From positions 2,368,001-2,432,000 of the forward strand of contig CAXXHB010000003.1 of assembly GCA_963664815.2 (NCBI GenBank): DNA of 64,000 bases, in the 5' to 3' direction. Below, in pieces: positions 19,604-28,146 of this stretch. Positions within the stretch are counted from its first letter, which is position 1, and each line of letters opens with the position of its first letter. Position numbers and translations under genes: made by a program. The notes beneath the pieces were generated by a model that worked only from the letters and a program-made list of their open reading frames with translations, ran no database searches and was not told the origin of the DNA. The DNA is from Spirochaetota bacterium. Lineage in GTDB: Bacteria > Spirochaetota > UBA4802 > UBA5550.

Positions 19604-19634
19604 GAACACATTTGTAATCATTACAAATGTGTTC
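19604..19634. promoter_or_regulatory. PerR/Fur-type operator
   Basis: Perfect 15-1-15 palindrome GAACACATTTGTAAT-C-ATTACAAATGTGTTC; core resembles the Per box TTATAATnATTATAA; ends 12 nt before the perR ATG. Confidence 0.8.
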
Positions 19635-19646
19635 AGGATGGTTTTT

Positions 19647-20057
19647 ATGGAGAGAATCGATTTTTTCAGGGAGCTTTCAGACAGGGGAATTCAGCCCTCT
19701 GTTCAGAGAGCAAGAATTCTGGAGTTTCTATGGAATGAAAGAATTCACCCCACTGCAGATGACATATTTGAGCGTCTGCATCCGGAAATCCCGACTCTCT
19801 CGCGGACAACAGTTTATAATACTGTAAAACTCTTTACTGAACATCAGATGCTGCAGCCCATTGTAATTGAGGAGAAAGAGATCCGATACGATATCGATAC
19901 ATCCCTTCACGGGCATTTCAAATGCGAATCGTGCGGAAAGATCTTTGATTTCAGCGCTGACGATACAGGTGAAGCCGGGATTCCGGAACTCGACGGATTC
20001 CTGATTCGTGAACGCCACATCTATCTCAAAGGGCTATGCTCATCCTGCCGTAATTAA
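19647..20057 (+). CDS. perR: Fur-family peroxide-responsive repressor
   Basis: HPTADDI..L....[11 protein letters not shown]; [10 protein letters not shown]; C-terminal CSSC; upstream of rubrerythrin. Confidence 0.88.
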   Translation: MERIDFFRELSDRGIQPSVQRARILEFLWNERIHPTADDIFERLHPEIPTLSRTTVYNTVKLFTEHQMLQPIVIEEKEIRYDIDTSLHGHFKCESCGKIFDFSADDTGEAGIPELDGFLIRERHIYLKGLCSSCRN

Positions 20058-20079
20058 AATGAATAATAAGGAGATTACC

Positions 20080-20628
20080 ATGAAACAGTTTGTTTGCACC
20101 ATATGCGGATATATACACACAGGGGATACACCACCGGATACATGTCCGCAGTGCAGCGCACCTGCCTCAAAATTCAAAGAGCAGTCAGCCGGGGGGCTCA
20201 ACTGGGCTGACGGACATGTGATAGGCGTGGCGAAAGGTGTTGATGCTGAAATACTCGAAGGGCTGAGAATGAATTTCACAGGCGAATGCACAGAAGTGGG
20301 TATGTATCTCGCCATGAGCCGCCAGGCAGACAGGGAGGGCTACCCTGAAATAGCAGAGGCATACAAACGTATCGCCTTCGAAGAGGCTGAACATGCTGCA
20401 AAATTTGCAGAACTTCTAGGAGAGGTCGTCATGGCAGATACAAAAGCAAACCTGAAGGCCCGTGTCGCCGCTGAATACGGCGCATGTGAAGGTAAAAAGG
20501 GAATTGCAGCAAAGGCAAAGCAGCTGAACCTCGATGCAATTCATGACACGGTTCATGAAATGTGCAAAGATGAAGCGCGTCATGGACAGGCCTTCGCAGG
20601 ACTTCTTAAAAGATACTTCGGGGAATAG
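20080..20628 (+). CDS. rbr: reverse rubrerythrin (NADH peroxidase)
   Basis: AAGGAG RBS; N-terminal rubredoxin-like CTICGY..CPQC; ferritin-like [22 protein letters not shown]. Confidence 0.93.
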   Translation: MKQFVCTICGYIHTGDTPPDTCPQCSAPASKFKEQSAGGLNWADGHVIGVAKGVDAEILEGLRMNFTGECTEVGMYLAMSRQADREGYPEIAEAYKRIAFEEAEHAAKFAELLGEVVMADTKANLKARVAAEYGACEGKKGIAAKAKQLNLDAIHDTVHEMCKDEARHGQAFAGLLKRYFGE

Positions 20629-20675
20629 GAGATTACTGACTTCGTTGTGAGGTGAAAACGCGGGTACAGAATCAA

Positions 20676-20715
20676 CACAGGCCTGACATGGTCAGGCCTG
20701 TGAAAATGTTTTTTG
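20676..20715 (+). terminator. intrinsic terminator after rbr
   Basis: cacaggcctgac-atg-gtcaggcctgtg perfect 12-bp stem, T-run shortly downstream. Confidence 0.6.
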
Positions 20716-20996
20716 CCTGTATATCATTCTTTGTGCCGTTATTAACAATCGCTTCATACATTTTAACAGCGCCGGCTGCAATGTAATCCCGCTTGTACTG
20801 AGCGAAGTGGAACCATCGGAAAAATAAACGTTATTCTGAGTTGACAAACCAGTCATTTATTAGTATTAATTAAATTTTGATACAGTGATTGCTGCGCCAG
20901 GTATTATCAGCAAAAATATAATTCTGTCTTGACAAATGTTGTTTTTATCAGTACGAGCCATTAAATTCTATTATAACATCAGAAAAAGAGAAGTAA

Positions 20997-21248
20997 TTGA
21001 AATTTGAACTGACAAAACATGCTTCTGAAGTGATAAGTGAACGGAATATATCAGAAGAATATCTTGAAAGGGCAATCGATAATCCCGGGTTAAAGATGGA
21101 TGACAGGGAAGACCCGGCCCTTGAACATCTTCTTGCAAAAATAATGGAAAATGACAACCGGGTACTTCGGGTTATTGTAATAAAAAACAGCGACCCTGTA
21201 CGTGTAATTACAGCATTCTTTGACAGGTCAATGAGAGGAAAATTATGA
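20997..21248 (+). CDS. DUF4258 family putative RelE-like toxin
   Basis: F.LTKHA.E.I.ER.I.EE...NP...RVLRVIV...VITAFFDR; overlaps the next gene (ATGA). Confidence 0.8.
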   Translation: MKFELTKHASEVISERNISEEYLERAIDNPGLKMDDREDPALEHLLAKIMENDNRVLRVIVIKNSDPVRVITAFFDRSMRGKL

Positions 21249-21445
21249 AGATAAAGATTGATGAAAAAGCAGACGCACTTTACCTGAGAATAGATGACTC
21301 AGAAATAATTGAATCAGAAGAGGTTACTCCAGGCGTAATTATTGACTTTAACGAGAACAATCAGGTTGTAGGAGTGGAGATACTCAAACTGTCAAAAAGA
21401 TCATCTTCTATAAATTATCATTCGATACAATATGAAATAGCCTGA
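21245..21445 (+). CDS. DUF2283 family putative antitoxin
   Basis: MKIKIDEKADALYLR....I.ESEEV.PGVIIDF...NQVVGVEIL. Confidence 0.88.
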   Translation: MKIKIDEKADALYLRIDDSEIIESEEVTPGVIIDFNENNQVVGVEILKLSKRSSSINYHSIQYEIA

Positions 21446-21610
21446 CACAACTGCCTCTCCATTGTTTCATGGATCAGTCCACTAATCAGGTTCTTCCCTG
21501 TATCTGTTCAGTAAAGGCCCACATACCTGTGGTGGAACCGGAAGTTTCCGGGTTACCCGGATTTCCATTACAGGGTATTTATAAAAAATGAAACACGGTT
21601 GTAACAGCTT

Positions 21611-23119
21611 TCACTGAACAAGTTTGAGCAGAAATATATCATTACCCCCGGCAGTTGTTATGCTCTCAATACCTGTGCCGAGATCAAAATCAACCGGTCC
21701 GCTGAAATACCCGGTGAGAAAAATGTTCCCGAACCTGCTTATTTTTACTGATAAGCCGCCATCAGCGCCGGTACTTCCAAGTGTTCTGGTCCACCCGTAT
21801 GTGCCGTCAGAACTTATCTTTGTAAGAAATATATCAGAATCCCCTGCGGCTGTTTTGCTGTCTGATCCGCTGAAGTCTCCGGCAAAATTAATTGTACCTG
21901 TAAAATCACCTGCCAGATATACATTGCCTGAACCATCCACTGCAACAGAACGGCCTTCATCAACACCTGTTGCGCCGGCGAATGTTTTTGTCCATCCGTA
22001 TGTTGCATCTGCATTTATCTTCGTGATATATATATCATAACTACTTGCGGCTGTTTTATTATCTGTTCCGCTGAAATCTTTCGCGAAATTAACAGTATTT
22101 CCGAAATAACCTGTTATATATAGATTGCCTGAGCTGTCTGCAGTGACTGAAAGACCTACGTTCGAAACGACGCTACTGGAATCCCCGAATGTTTTTGTCC
22201 ATCCGTAAGAGCCGTCTGCATTTATCTTCGTTAGAAAAATATTAGCATATGAGGGTGGGGCAACCCTGCTGTCTGTCCCCGTACCGGGATTAAAATCAAA
22301 AGTTCCGGTAAAAGAACCTGTTATATACGCATTGCCTGAACCGTCGAGTGTTACCGATCTGCATGTTCCACCATTTCCCGACCCTGGAAGGAAATTTTTT
22401 GTCCAGCCGTATGTGACATCTGAATTTATCTTCGTGAGAAAAAAATTAGTAGTAGTCCCCGTAGACTTGCTGTCAGACTGTCCAAAGTCCTGGCCAAAAT
22501 TAACTGTGCCGAAACAATAACCGGTCAGAAATATATTGCCTGTACTGTCTAAAGCTATAGAAAAACCAGTAGAATAGTTTGACCCGGAGGAACTACTTAT
22601 AAGCTGTTTTGTCCATCCGTATGTGCCGTCCGCATTTATTTTTGTCAGAAATAATTCATTACCTGTCCCGCCGGCAGTCTTAGTATCTGTACTATCGCCG
22701 GGATCAAAATCAGCCGTTCCGTTAAAATAACCGGTCATATACACGTTGCCCGAAGCGTCTGTTGTTACTGATTGCCCCCTATCTTCACCTGTTCCGCCAA
22801 ATTGTTTTGTCCATCCGTATGTGCCGTCTGCATTTATCTTGGTAAGAAAAATATCTTGACTCCCGCCGTTAGACGTTTTACTGTCTGTCCCTGCGCCGGG
22901 ATCAAAATCAACAGTTCCGGTAAAATAACCGGTGATGTACGCGTTGCCCGAAGCGTCTGTTGTTACTGATTGCCCCTTATCTGCACCTGTTCCCCCTGCG
23001 TTGTACAGCCAGGGGAGATTAACGCCGTTGTATTCATCATAAACTTCATTAAGCCCGTTATAGCACGACAACAGGCTAAAAAACAGGCAAAAAACTGATA
23101 TCTGTACCGCTCGTTTCAT
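21611..23119 (-). CDS. SBBP-repeat beta-propeller lipoprotein
   Basis: LLS-C lipobox; about seven 66-70 aa repeats of D.SGN.Y.TGYF.GT.DF...DIFLTKINADGTYGWTK. Confidence 0.88.
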   Translation of the reverse strand: MKRAVQISVFCLFFSLLSCYNGLNEVYDEYNGVNLPWLYNAGGTGADKGQSVTTDASGNAYITGYFTGTVDFDPGAGTDSKTSNGGSQDIFLTKINADGTYGWTKQFGGTGEDRGQSVTTDASGNVYMTGYFNGTADFDPGDSTDTKTAGGTGNELFLTKINADGTYGWTKQLISSSSGSNYSTGFSIALDSTGNIFLTGYCFGTVNFGQDFGQSDSKSTGTTTNFFLTKINSDVTYGWTKNFLPGSGNGGTCRSVTLDGSGNAYITGSFTGTFDFNPGTGTDSRVAPPSYANIFLTKINADGSYGWTKTFGDSSSVVSNVGLSVTADSSGNLYITGYFGNTVNFAKDFSGTDNKTAASSYDIYITKINADATYGWTKTFAGATGVDEGRSVAVDGSGNVYLAGDFTGTINFAGDFSGSDSKTAAGDSDIFLTKISSDGTYGWTRTLGSTGADGGLSVKISRFGNIFLTGYFSGPVDFDLGTGIESITTAGGNDIFLLKLVQ

Positions 23120-23141
23120 ATTATCCTCACATCAATCATAT

Positions 23142-24584
23142 TCAGAACTTGTACTTAAAAGCAAGTGAGAGTGACGCGAAGCGCATCGGGCCGTCCTTCT
23201 CCATAAACATTCCATACCCTGCAGAAATTGCTGCTGCTGTTTTATCACCGGTTATGTACTCCCCTTCGAGCCCGGCCATTACAGTGGGGTCCAGGGTGTT
23301 TTTTGACTTTTCAGCATACAACATGGTATCCGGATCAGTACTTTTATATGATATTGTTATATAGCTAATCCCGAAAGAAAAATATGGCATTATTGAAAAG
23401 GTGTTACTGAATCTGATCCTGTACCCTGTATTTATAAGCAGAGGCGTAATCATGAAGCTGTCATATATCGGTTTTTTCTCACTGCTTTTATCTTTACCAG
23501 GCGCGTAATAAAATCCTGCTCCGGCCCCTGCCTCAATCCCATAAAGGAAAAGATTTCTCACACCGAAGAAGAACATACCCCCGCAACCTGTTTCGGCCAT
23601 TTCTCCGAATTTTCCCAGAGGTATAATCACACCCGGGTAGAAACCGAAAGTGAGCCTGGTTTGTAAAAGGGGCAATTCCTCAACATCAGATTCCGCGCCA
23701 AGGTCATCAATCGCCGTCAGTTCCAGCATAAAAAAACTATCAGGATTTTTAAGAGTGTAAACATCCCCCTTTTCCTCCGCGATCAGTTCTCTTTTACTAT
23801 CACTGGTGCCGTAAATCCTGTACTTTACGACTTCGCCGTCCGGGTCGGAAGCACGGTTCCACCTGTATGTTATTGATCCATCCACGGCATTCTTTTCCGC
23901 TGATAACATATCCGGTTTTTCAGGATGCAGGTTGGCAGTAGTTATCTTAAGTTCGTTACTCGGTGTCGATTCAAAATCATCCCTGTCAACACTTGTAACA
24001 AGAATATAATATGTTGTATTGCTTGAAAGGTTCTTAATGGTAGCGGATTTACCTTTAGTACTCCCCCCGGATTCATATTTTGAGTTTTCACCCTTTTTAA
24101 TATAAATATTATAACTCTTCACATCTCCATAAGGTGCCAGCCATGTCAGCGACACCCTGTCTGTACCGATCTCACCCTCCGCTTTCAGGGCGGAGGGATT
24201 CTTCTCCGCCATAAAGAGGATATCGCTCCTGTTAAGACTGAACTCTTCAGGTTTATAGAGCTCTTTGCGGCATGTGTAGCTTTCCTGATCCTCATCTACA
24301 ATAAATGCCACTACAGCTTTGCCGTCCCTCAACTGTATATATACTTTCGCCATTTTAAGCTTTGTATAAAGGATACGTTTAATATCACCCCGCCTGATCC
24401 GCTTCAGCTTTTTATCAGCCGAACGCAGAGTAAGAAAACCGGAATTATCGGAAATAATGGTCCCTTCAACTATTGATCCATCGTTCATGAAAACTGCCTC
24501 TCCGTGAACAGGCTTTCCGGAAATAACGGTAAAAGCTGTAAAAACAACCGTTAAAATTACTATAAACAGCATATTATTATTCAT
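23142..24584 (-). CDS. secreted FN3 domain protein with probable C-terminal outer-membrane beta-barrel
   Basis: Paralog of 3259-4644 (RILYT.LKM.K.YIQ.RDGK..VAF.VDED.ESYT; GTDRVSL.WL.PY; LSSNTTY); ends in YKF. Confidence 0.8.
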   Translation of the reverse strand: MNNNMLFIVILTVVFTAFTVISGKPVHGEAVFMNDGSIVEGTIISDNSGFLTLRSADKKLKRIRRGDIKRILYTKLKMAKVYIQLRDGKAVVAFIVDEDQESYTCRKELYKPEEFSLNRSDILFMAEKNPSALKAEGEIGTDRVSLTWLAPYGDVKSYNIYIKKGENSKYESGGSTKGKSATIKNLSSNTTYYILVTSVDRDDFESTPSNELKITTANLHPEKPDMLSAEKNAVDGSITYRWNRASDPDGEVVKYRIYGTSDSKRELIAEEKGDVYTLKNPDSFFMLELTAIDDLGAESDVEELPLLQTRLTFGFYPGVIIPLGKFGEMAETGCGGMFFFGVRNLFLYGIEAGAGAGFYYAPGKDKSSEKKPIYDSFMITPLLINTGYRIRFSNTFSIMPYFSFGISYITISYKSTDPDTMLYAEKSKNTLDPTVMAGLEGEYITGDKTAAAISAGYGMFMEKDGPMRFASLSLAFKYKF

Positions 24585-24917
24585 GTCTGTTTCCTTAAAA
24601 TAGATTCATTTAATAACAGAAATAACAGTTTAAAGAAAATTACTGATAACTAGTAGTAGAAAAAACCGGCTAAATCTGCCCGGGAAAATCAGAAAAAAAT
24701 CAGAATTTATAATTTTATTTATATACAATTATTCCGCAGTCAATCCATTAATTTTCTGCGGGTAATTCCGAAAAATAACAAATCCTGAATCGGTATTCCA
24801 GATACAACAATGGTCCGATGTTCCTGGAAAATATACCGGTCAGCAGCATACAGTTAATTACCTGTGTAAAAAAATGCATTATGCCGACTGGCGCTGCCGG
24901 TAAATGAAATTGAGGTA

Positions 24918-26291
24918 TTAACGAGGAACAGGAGGGTCAGCCCAGATAAATCCACCGCTTTTTACTATACGCTCCATTATCATAAACATTGTAAGCTCCT
25001 GATTTATATAGCACCTGCTCCCCGGCTCAAGGAGTTCCCCTTTTGATACAGCGATATTTTTGGCAGCGCAATCGCCGGCGCAATGCCACTTGCAGAAACA
25101 CTCACTGCAGTGTTTTATATTGTACACAGTCCTGGAATAATGCCTCTGTAATTTATCGTTTTCAATTATAAACTTACCGTTGCCGCTGTATCTCCCGACG
25201 AAGAATAGCCCGCTGTCAGGATGTTCCTTACCGAAAGATTCAAAACAGGTGGTTACATCACCGTCAGCAGTAATTACAAGCGCCCTGCACGCTGCAAGAC
25301 AGAACCTCTGCGTAATAATTCCCTGACGAGCACCGGAGTAGAATACTTCTATATTTTTTTCAGCAGCGTACCTGTATGATCTGATAAACTGTGAGATAAA
25401 GTCATCCTGACTGGACAGGATGGAATTATTCACAACTGCCCTCCCCTCCTCAAATGCAGGTTCAACCTGGATCTTATACGGCCTGAAATTATCACATATA
25501 AAAGAAACGCTGTTATAAAGGGTATGAACCGTCTCCTCTGTGACTGTAAGCCTGATCCCGTATCTGAATCCGGCCCTGTCCAGTTCTTTTAATGTTTCAG
25601 AAACCCCGGAGAAAGACTCTCCGCCCCCCTTTGCCGGCCGGTTAAGATTCTGGACTTCAGGAGGGCCGTCAAAGGATATGCTTAAATCAGTAAAATTGCC
25701 GATTATATATTCCCTGGCTCTACTGCTCCAGACACCGTTAAACGCGCCGGAGATATCATAGCTCACATTGTTCTGCAGCGCAAGTTTTTTGAAATATTCA
25801 ACGGATTCAGTTAAAAGAGGCCAGTTTAAAGACGGCTCTCCCCCCCCGTGAAAGCCCAGTGATGCATGCTTCAGACTGTTCTCTTTTATACTCCTGAAAA
25901 TCATGTCAATCGCGGCCATAGCGGTTTCGCTTTCCATCCGCTTTACAGGATACTCACCCGATGAAGCATAGCAGTATTTACAGCGGAGATTGCATTCATT
26001 AGTCAGGAACAGGACAACAGAATCATAATACGTTCCCTTTCCGGGGAAGTCATCAACCGGGAAAGCTTCCGGGACAAAGAAATTCAGTTCATCAAGTATA
26101 TCAAGATTAACAGCTCCGCTGCTGCCGGTAATCGTTCCGGACTCTCTGCTTACTGAGGTCTCACCGCTACTCCTGATGATTATTTCATTCACAAGCGCGG
26201 AGTTCGCGATAAACGCGATTCGTTTAAGGGGTGCATAAACCAGGAAGGAATTGTCACCCGCAGGAATTGAAAATATCTGTTTTAAAAGCAT
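24918..26291 (-). CDS. radical SAM/SPASM domain maturase with RRE-like N-terminus
   Basis: CNLRCKYC; FHGGGEP; ISFDGP..QN.NRP; SPASM FC....LVITADGDVTTC...CSECFCKWHCAGDC...RC. Confidence 0.9.
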   Translation of the reverse strand: MLLKQIFSIPAGDNSFLVYAPLKRIAFIANSALVNEIIIRSSGETSVSRESGTITGSSGAVNLDILDELNFFVPEAFPVDDFPGKGTYYDSVVLFLTNECNLRCKYCYASSGEYPVKRMESETAMAAIDMIFRSIKENSLKHASLGFHGGGEPSLNWPLLTESVEYFKKLALQNNVSYDISGAFNGVWSSRAREYIIGNFTDLSISFDGPPEVQNLNRPAKGGGESFSGVSETLKELDRAGFRYGIRLTVTEETVHTLYNSVSFICDNFRPYKIQVEPAFEEGRAVVNNSILSSQDDFISQFIRSYRYAAEKNIEVFYSGARQGIITQRFCLAACRALVITADGDVTTCFESFGKEHPDSGLFFVGRYSGNGKFIIENDKLQRHYSRTVYNIKHCSECFCKWHCAGDCAAKNIAVSKGELLEPGSRCYINQELTMFMIMERIVKSGGFIWADPPVPR

Positions 26292-26335
26292 AAATACTCT
26301 GATAATATATCATTACTGATTAAGTCATATAATGT

Positions 26336-27748
26336 TCATTTAACCGGTATACATGTACATATCCGGTATGAACCACCGCCTGAAGTTCCGCCGGAATATC
26401 CCCCTGAAGAATGCCCGACGCATGAACAGTCATAATGTCCTTCGACAGAGTTACAGGTGCATACCACTCCTTTAGGAAGGGTAAAGCTTTCAGGTTTAGT
26501 GTATGTTACTACCCGTCCATCAGCAGTTTTCTCTGTATATTGTACAAATTTTTTACCCTCTTCCAGAACGGAGGGATCCTGCAGGCATGCAACAAATTCA
26601 CCGGACTGCATATTCCAGATTTTCACGGTTTTATCCCTGGAACCTGATGCAAGGAATTTACCGTCAGGGCTGATATGTACCGAAGTTACAGTCTCTGAGT
26701 GACCCATGAGTACCTTTTCCAGCTTTCCGGATGGTATATCCCAGAGCAGCACATAGCCTTTAAAACAACCTCCGGCAAGAAACCTGCCGTCAGGGCTGAA
26801 GCTTAAAGATTCCACCATATCAGAAGATTCTTTTCCCTTTAAACTCATTATGAAAGTTAACGATGGGAATTCCCAGAGTCCACCGCTGTTGCCAGTAGAA
26901 CCTACAGCAAGAATCCTGCCATCAGGGCTGAAATCCAATGAAGATATACTTAATTTATCTTTCTTTAATTCACGTACGAATCCGCCTGACGGCATCTCCC
27001 ATATTTGAACTGATCCATCTTTAGAACCAGTTGCCAGAAATTTACCGTCAGGGCTGAATTTTACCGAGTTTAACTCATCAGTATAAGCCGGCGATTCTTT
27101 TACCAGTCTGCCGGTAGATATATCCCATATTCTGAATGTTTTATCGACAGAACCTGACACGACAAGTTTCCCATCCGGGCTGAAGTTTACTGAATTTACA
27201 GCCCATGTATGCCCTTTTAACTCTTTCAGCAATTTGCCCGCTGGAACCTGCCATATATCAACCTTACCCGAAGTACCTGAAGCAAGAAGTTTACCATTCG
27301 GGCTGAAATTTACCGATGATACATCGGCTGAAGTGCCAGGAAAATCCTTCGGGCGGCAGTTTATCTTTTTCAGCAGTTTACCCGAGGGGATCTGCCATAT
27401 CTTAACAGTTTCATCGCCAGAACTCGTTGCGAGGAGCCTGCTGTCCGGGCTGAAGTTTACCGAATTTACAACATAACGATGTGACAATATCAATTCTTCA
27501 CATCCTCCGGATATTTCCTGTGCCGTAATTTCCTTTTGCGGTTCATTTTCAGGTTTCGGTTCAGGTTTTGGTGTACATGCAAGAATACCTGCACCGATTG
27601 CAACAGAAGCTCCCATTAAAAATCCACGTCTCGACATAGACCAGTCTGCGACATTTTCATCAAGAAGTTCCTTCACCTCGTATAGTTTAGGTTCCTCTTT
27701 TGTTCCGTCAGAGTTTATTGACTGAATAAGAAAATACGGCTTCTTCAT
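26336..27748 (-). CDS. WD40-repeat protein with twin-arginine/lipoprotein signal and Cys-rich C-terminal tail
   Basis: GGAAGG RBS before ATG 27748; SRRGFL..hydrophobic..ILA-C; seven V.S..FSPDG..LA.GS.D..V.IW repeats; tail VCTC..CSC..GG..ICTCIPVK. Confidence 0.9.
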   Translation of the reverse strand: MKKPYFLIQSINSDGTKEEPKLYEVKELLDENVADWSMSRRGFLMGASVAIGAGILACTPKPEPKPENEPQKEITAQEISGGCEELILSHRYVVNSVNFSPDSRLLATSSGDETVKIWQIPSGKLLKKINCRPKDFPGTSADVSSVNFSPNGKLLASGTSGKVDIWQVPAGKLLKELKGHTWAVNSVNFSPDGKLVVSGSVDKTFRIWDISTGRLVKESPAYTDELNSVKFSPDGKFLATGSKDGSVQIWEMPSGGFVRELKKDKLSISSLDFSPDGRILAVGSTGNSGGLWEFPSLTFIMSLKGKESSDMVESLSFSPDGRFLAGGCFKGYVLLWDIPSGKLEKVLMGHSETVTSVHISPDGKFLASGSRDKTVKIWNMQSGEFVACLQDPSVLEEGKKFVQYTEKTADGRVVTYTKPESFTLPKGVVCTCNSVEGHYDCSCVGHSSGGYSGGTSGGGSYRICTCIPVK

Positions 27749-28011
27749 AATCACCTTCCGGTTTAATGCAATAGCTTTGTTTTTTTGATTCAGGAACTTC
27801 CGCGTATTAAAACACCAGTATAATTCTGCTTCACCATTGCTTCAGTAAACACAATTTCACCCTGCCGGCACTGAATTGCATTGAAACACTCGTGCTGACA
27901 TTTTTTTAATAACTAACCATAATTTCAATATTACAGCCATCCATAAAAATCAACATCTTTTTGGAGTGTTTGGAGCAAAAACAAGTTTTTTACCGAGGCC
28001 CCGCCTGGCTG

Positions 28012-28052
28012 AAAAAAACCGTTCCTGCACGATTGAAGATAGCGCAGGAACG
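28012..28052 (-). terminator. intrinsic terminator upstream of the WD40 gene
   Basis: Minus strand CGTTCCTGC...GCAGGAACG followed by GTTTTTTT. Confidence 0.6.
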
Positions 28053-28085
28053 ATTTAAATTTTTATCATGCGGCTTCGTTTCCAT

Positions 28086-28118
28086 AACAGAAAGCCCCGG
28101 TAAGCATACCCCGGGGCT
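28086..28118 (-). terminator. intrinsic terminator after the 28147-29298 lipoprotein gene
   Basis: Minus strand AGCCCCGG-10 nt-CCGGGGCT followed by TTCTGTT. Confidence 0.65.
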
Positions 28119-28146
28119 GTTTCTTCAGGAAAAAGATTTAAACGGA

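Noticed and set aside
20790-20815. REP-like fragment ctgagcgaagtggaa
   Set aside because: Single degenerate half-element; too weak to call.
24600-24917. Separate short precursor peptide for the radical SAM/SPASM enzyme
   Set aside because: No convincing RBS-led Cys- or aromatic-motif ORF was found here or in 27760-28140 by manual reading.
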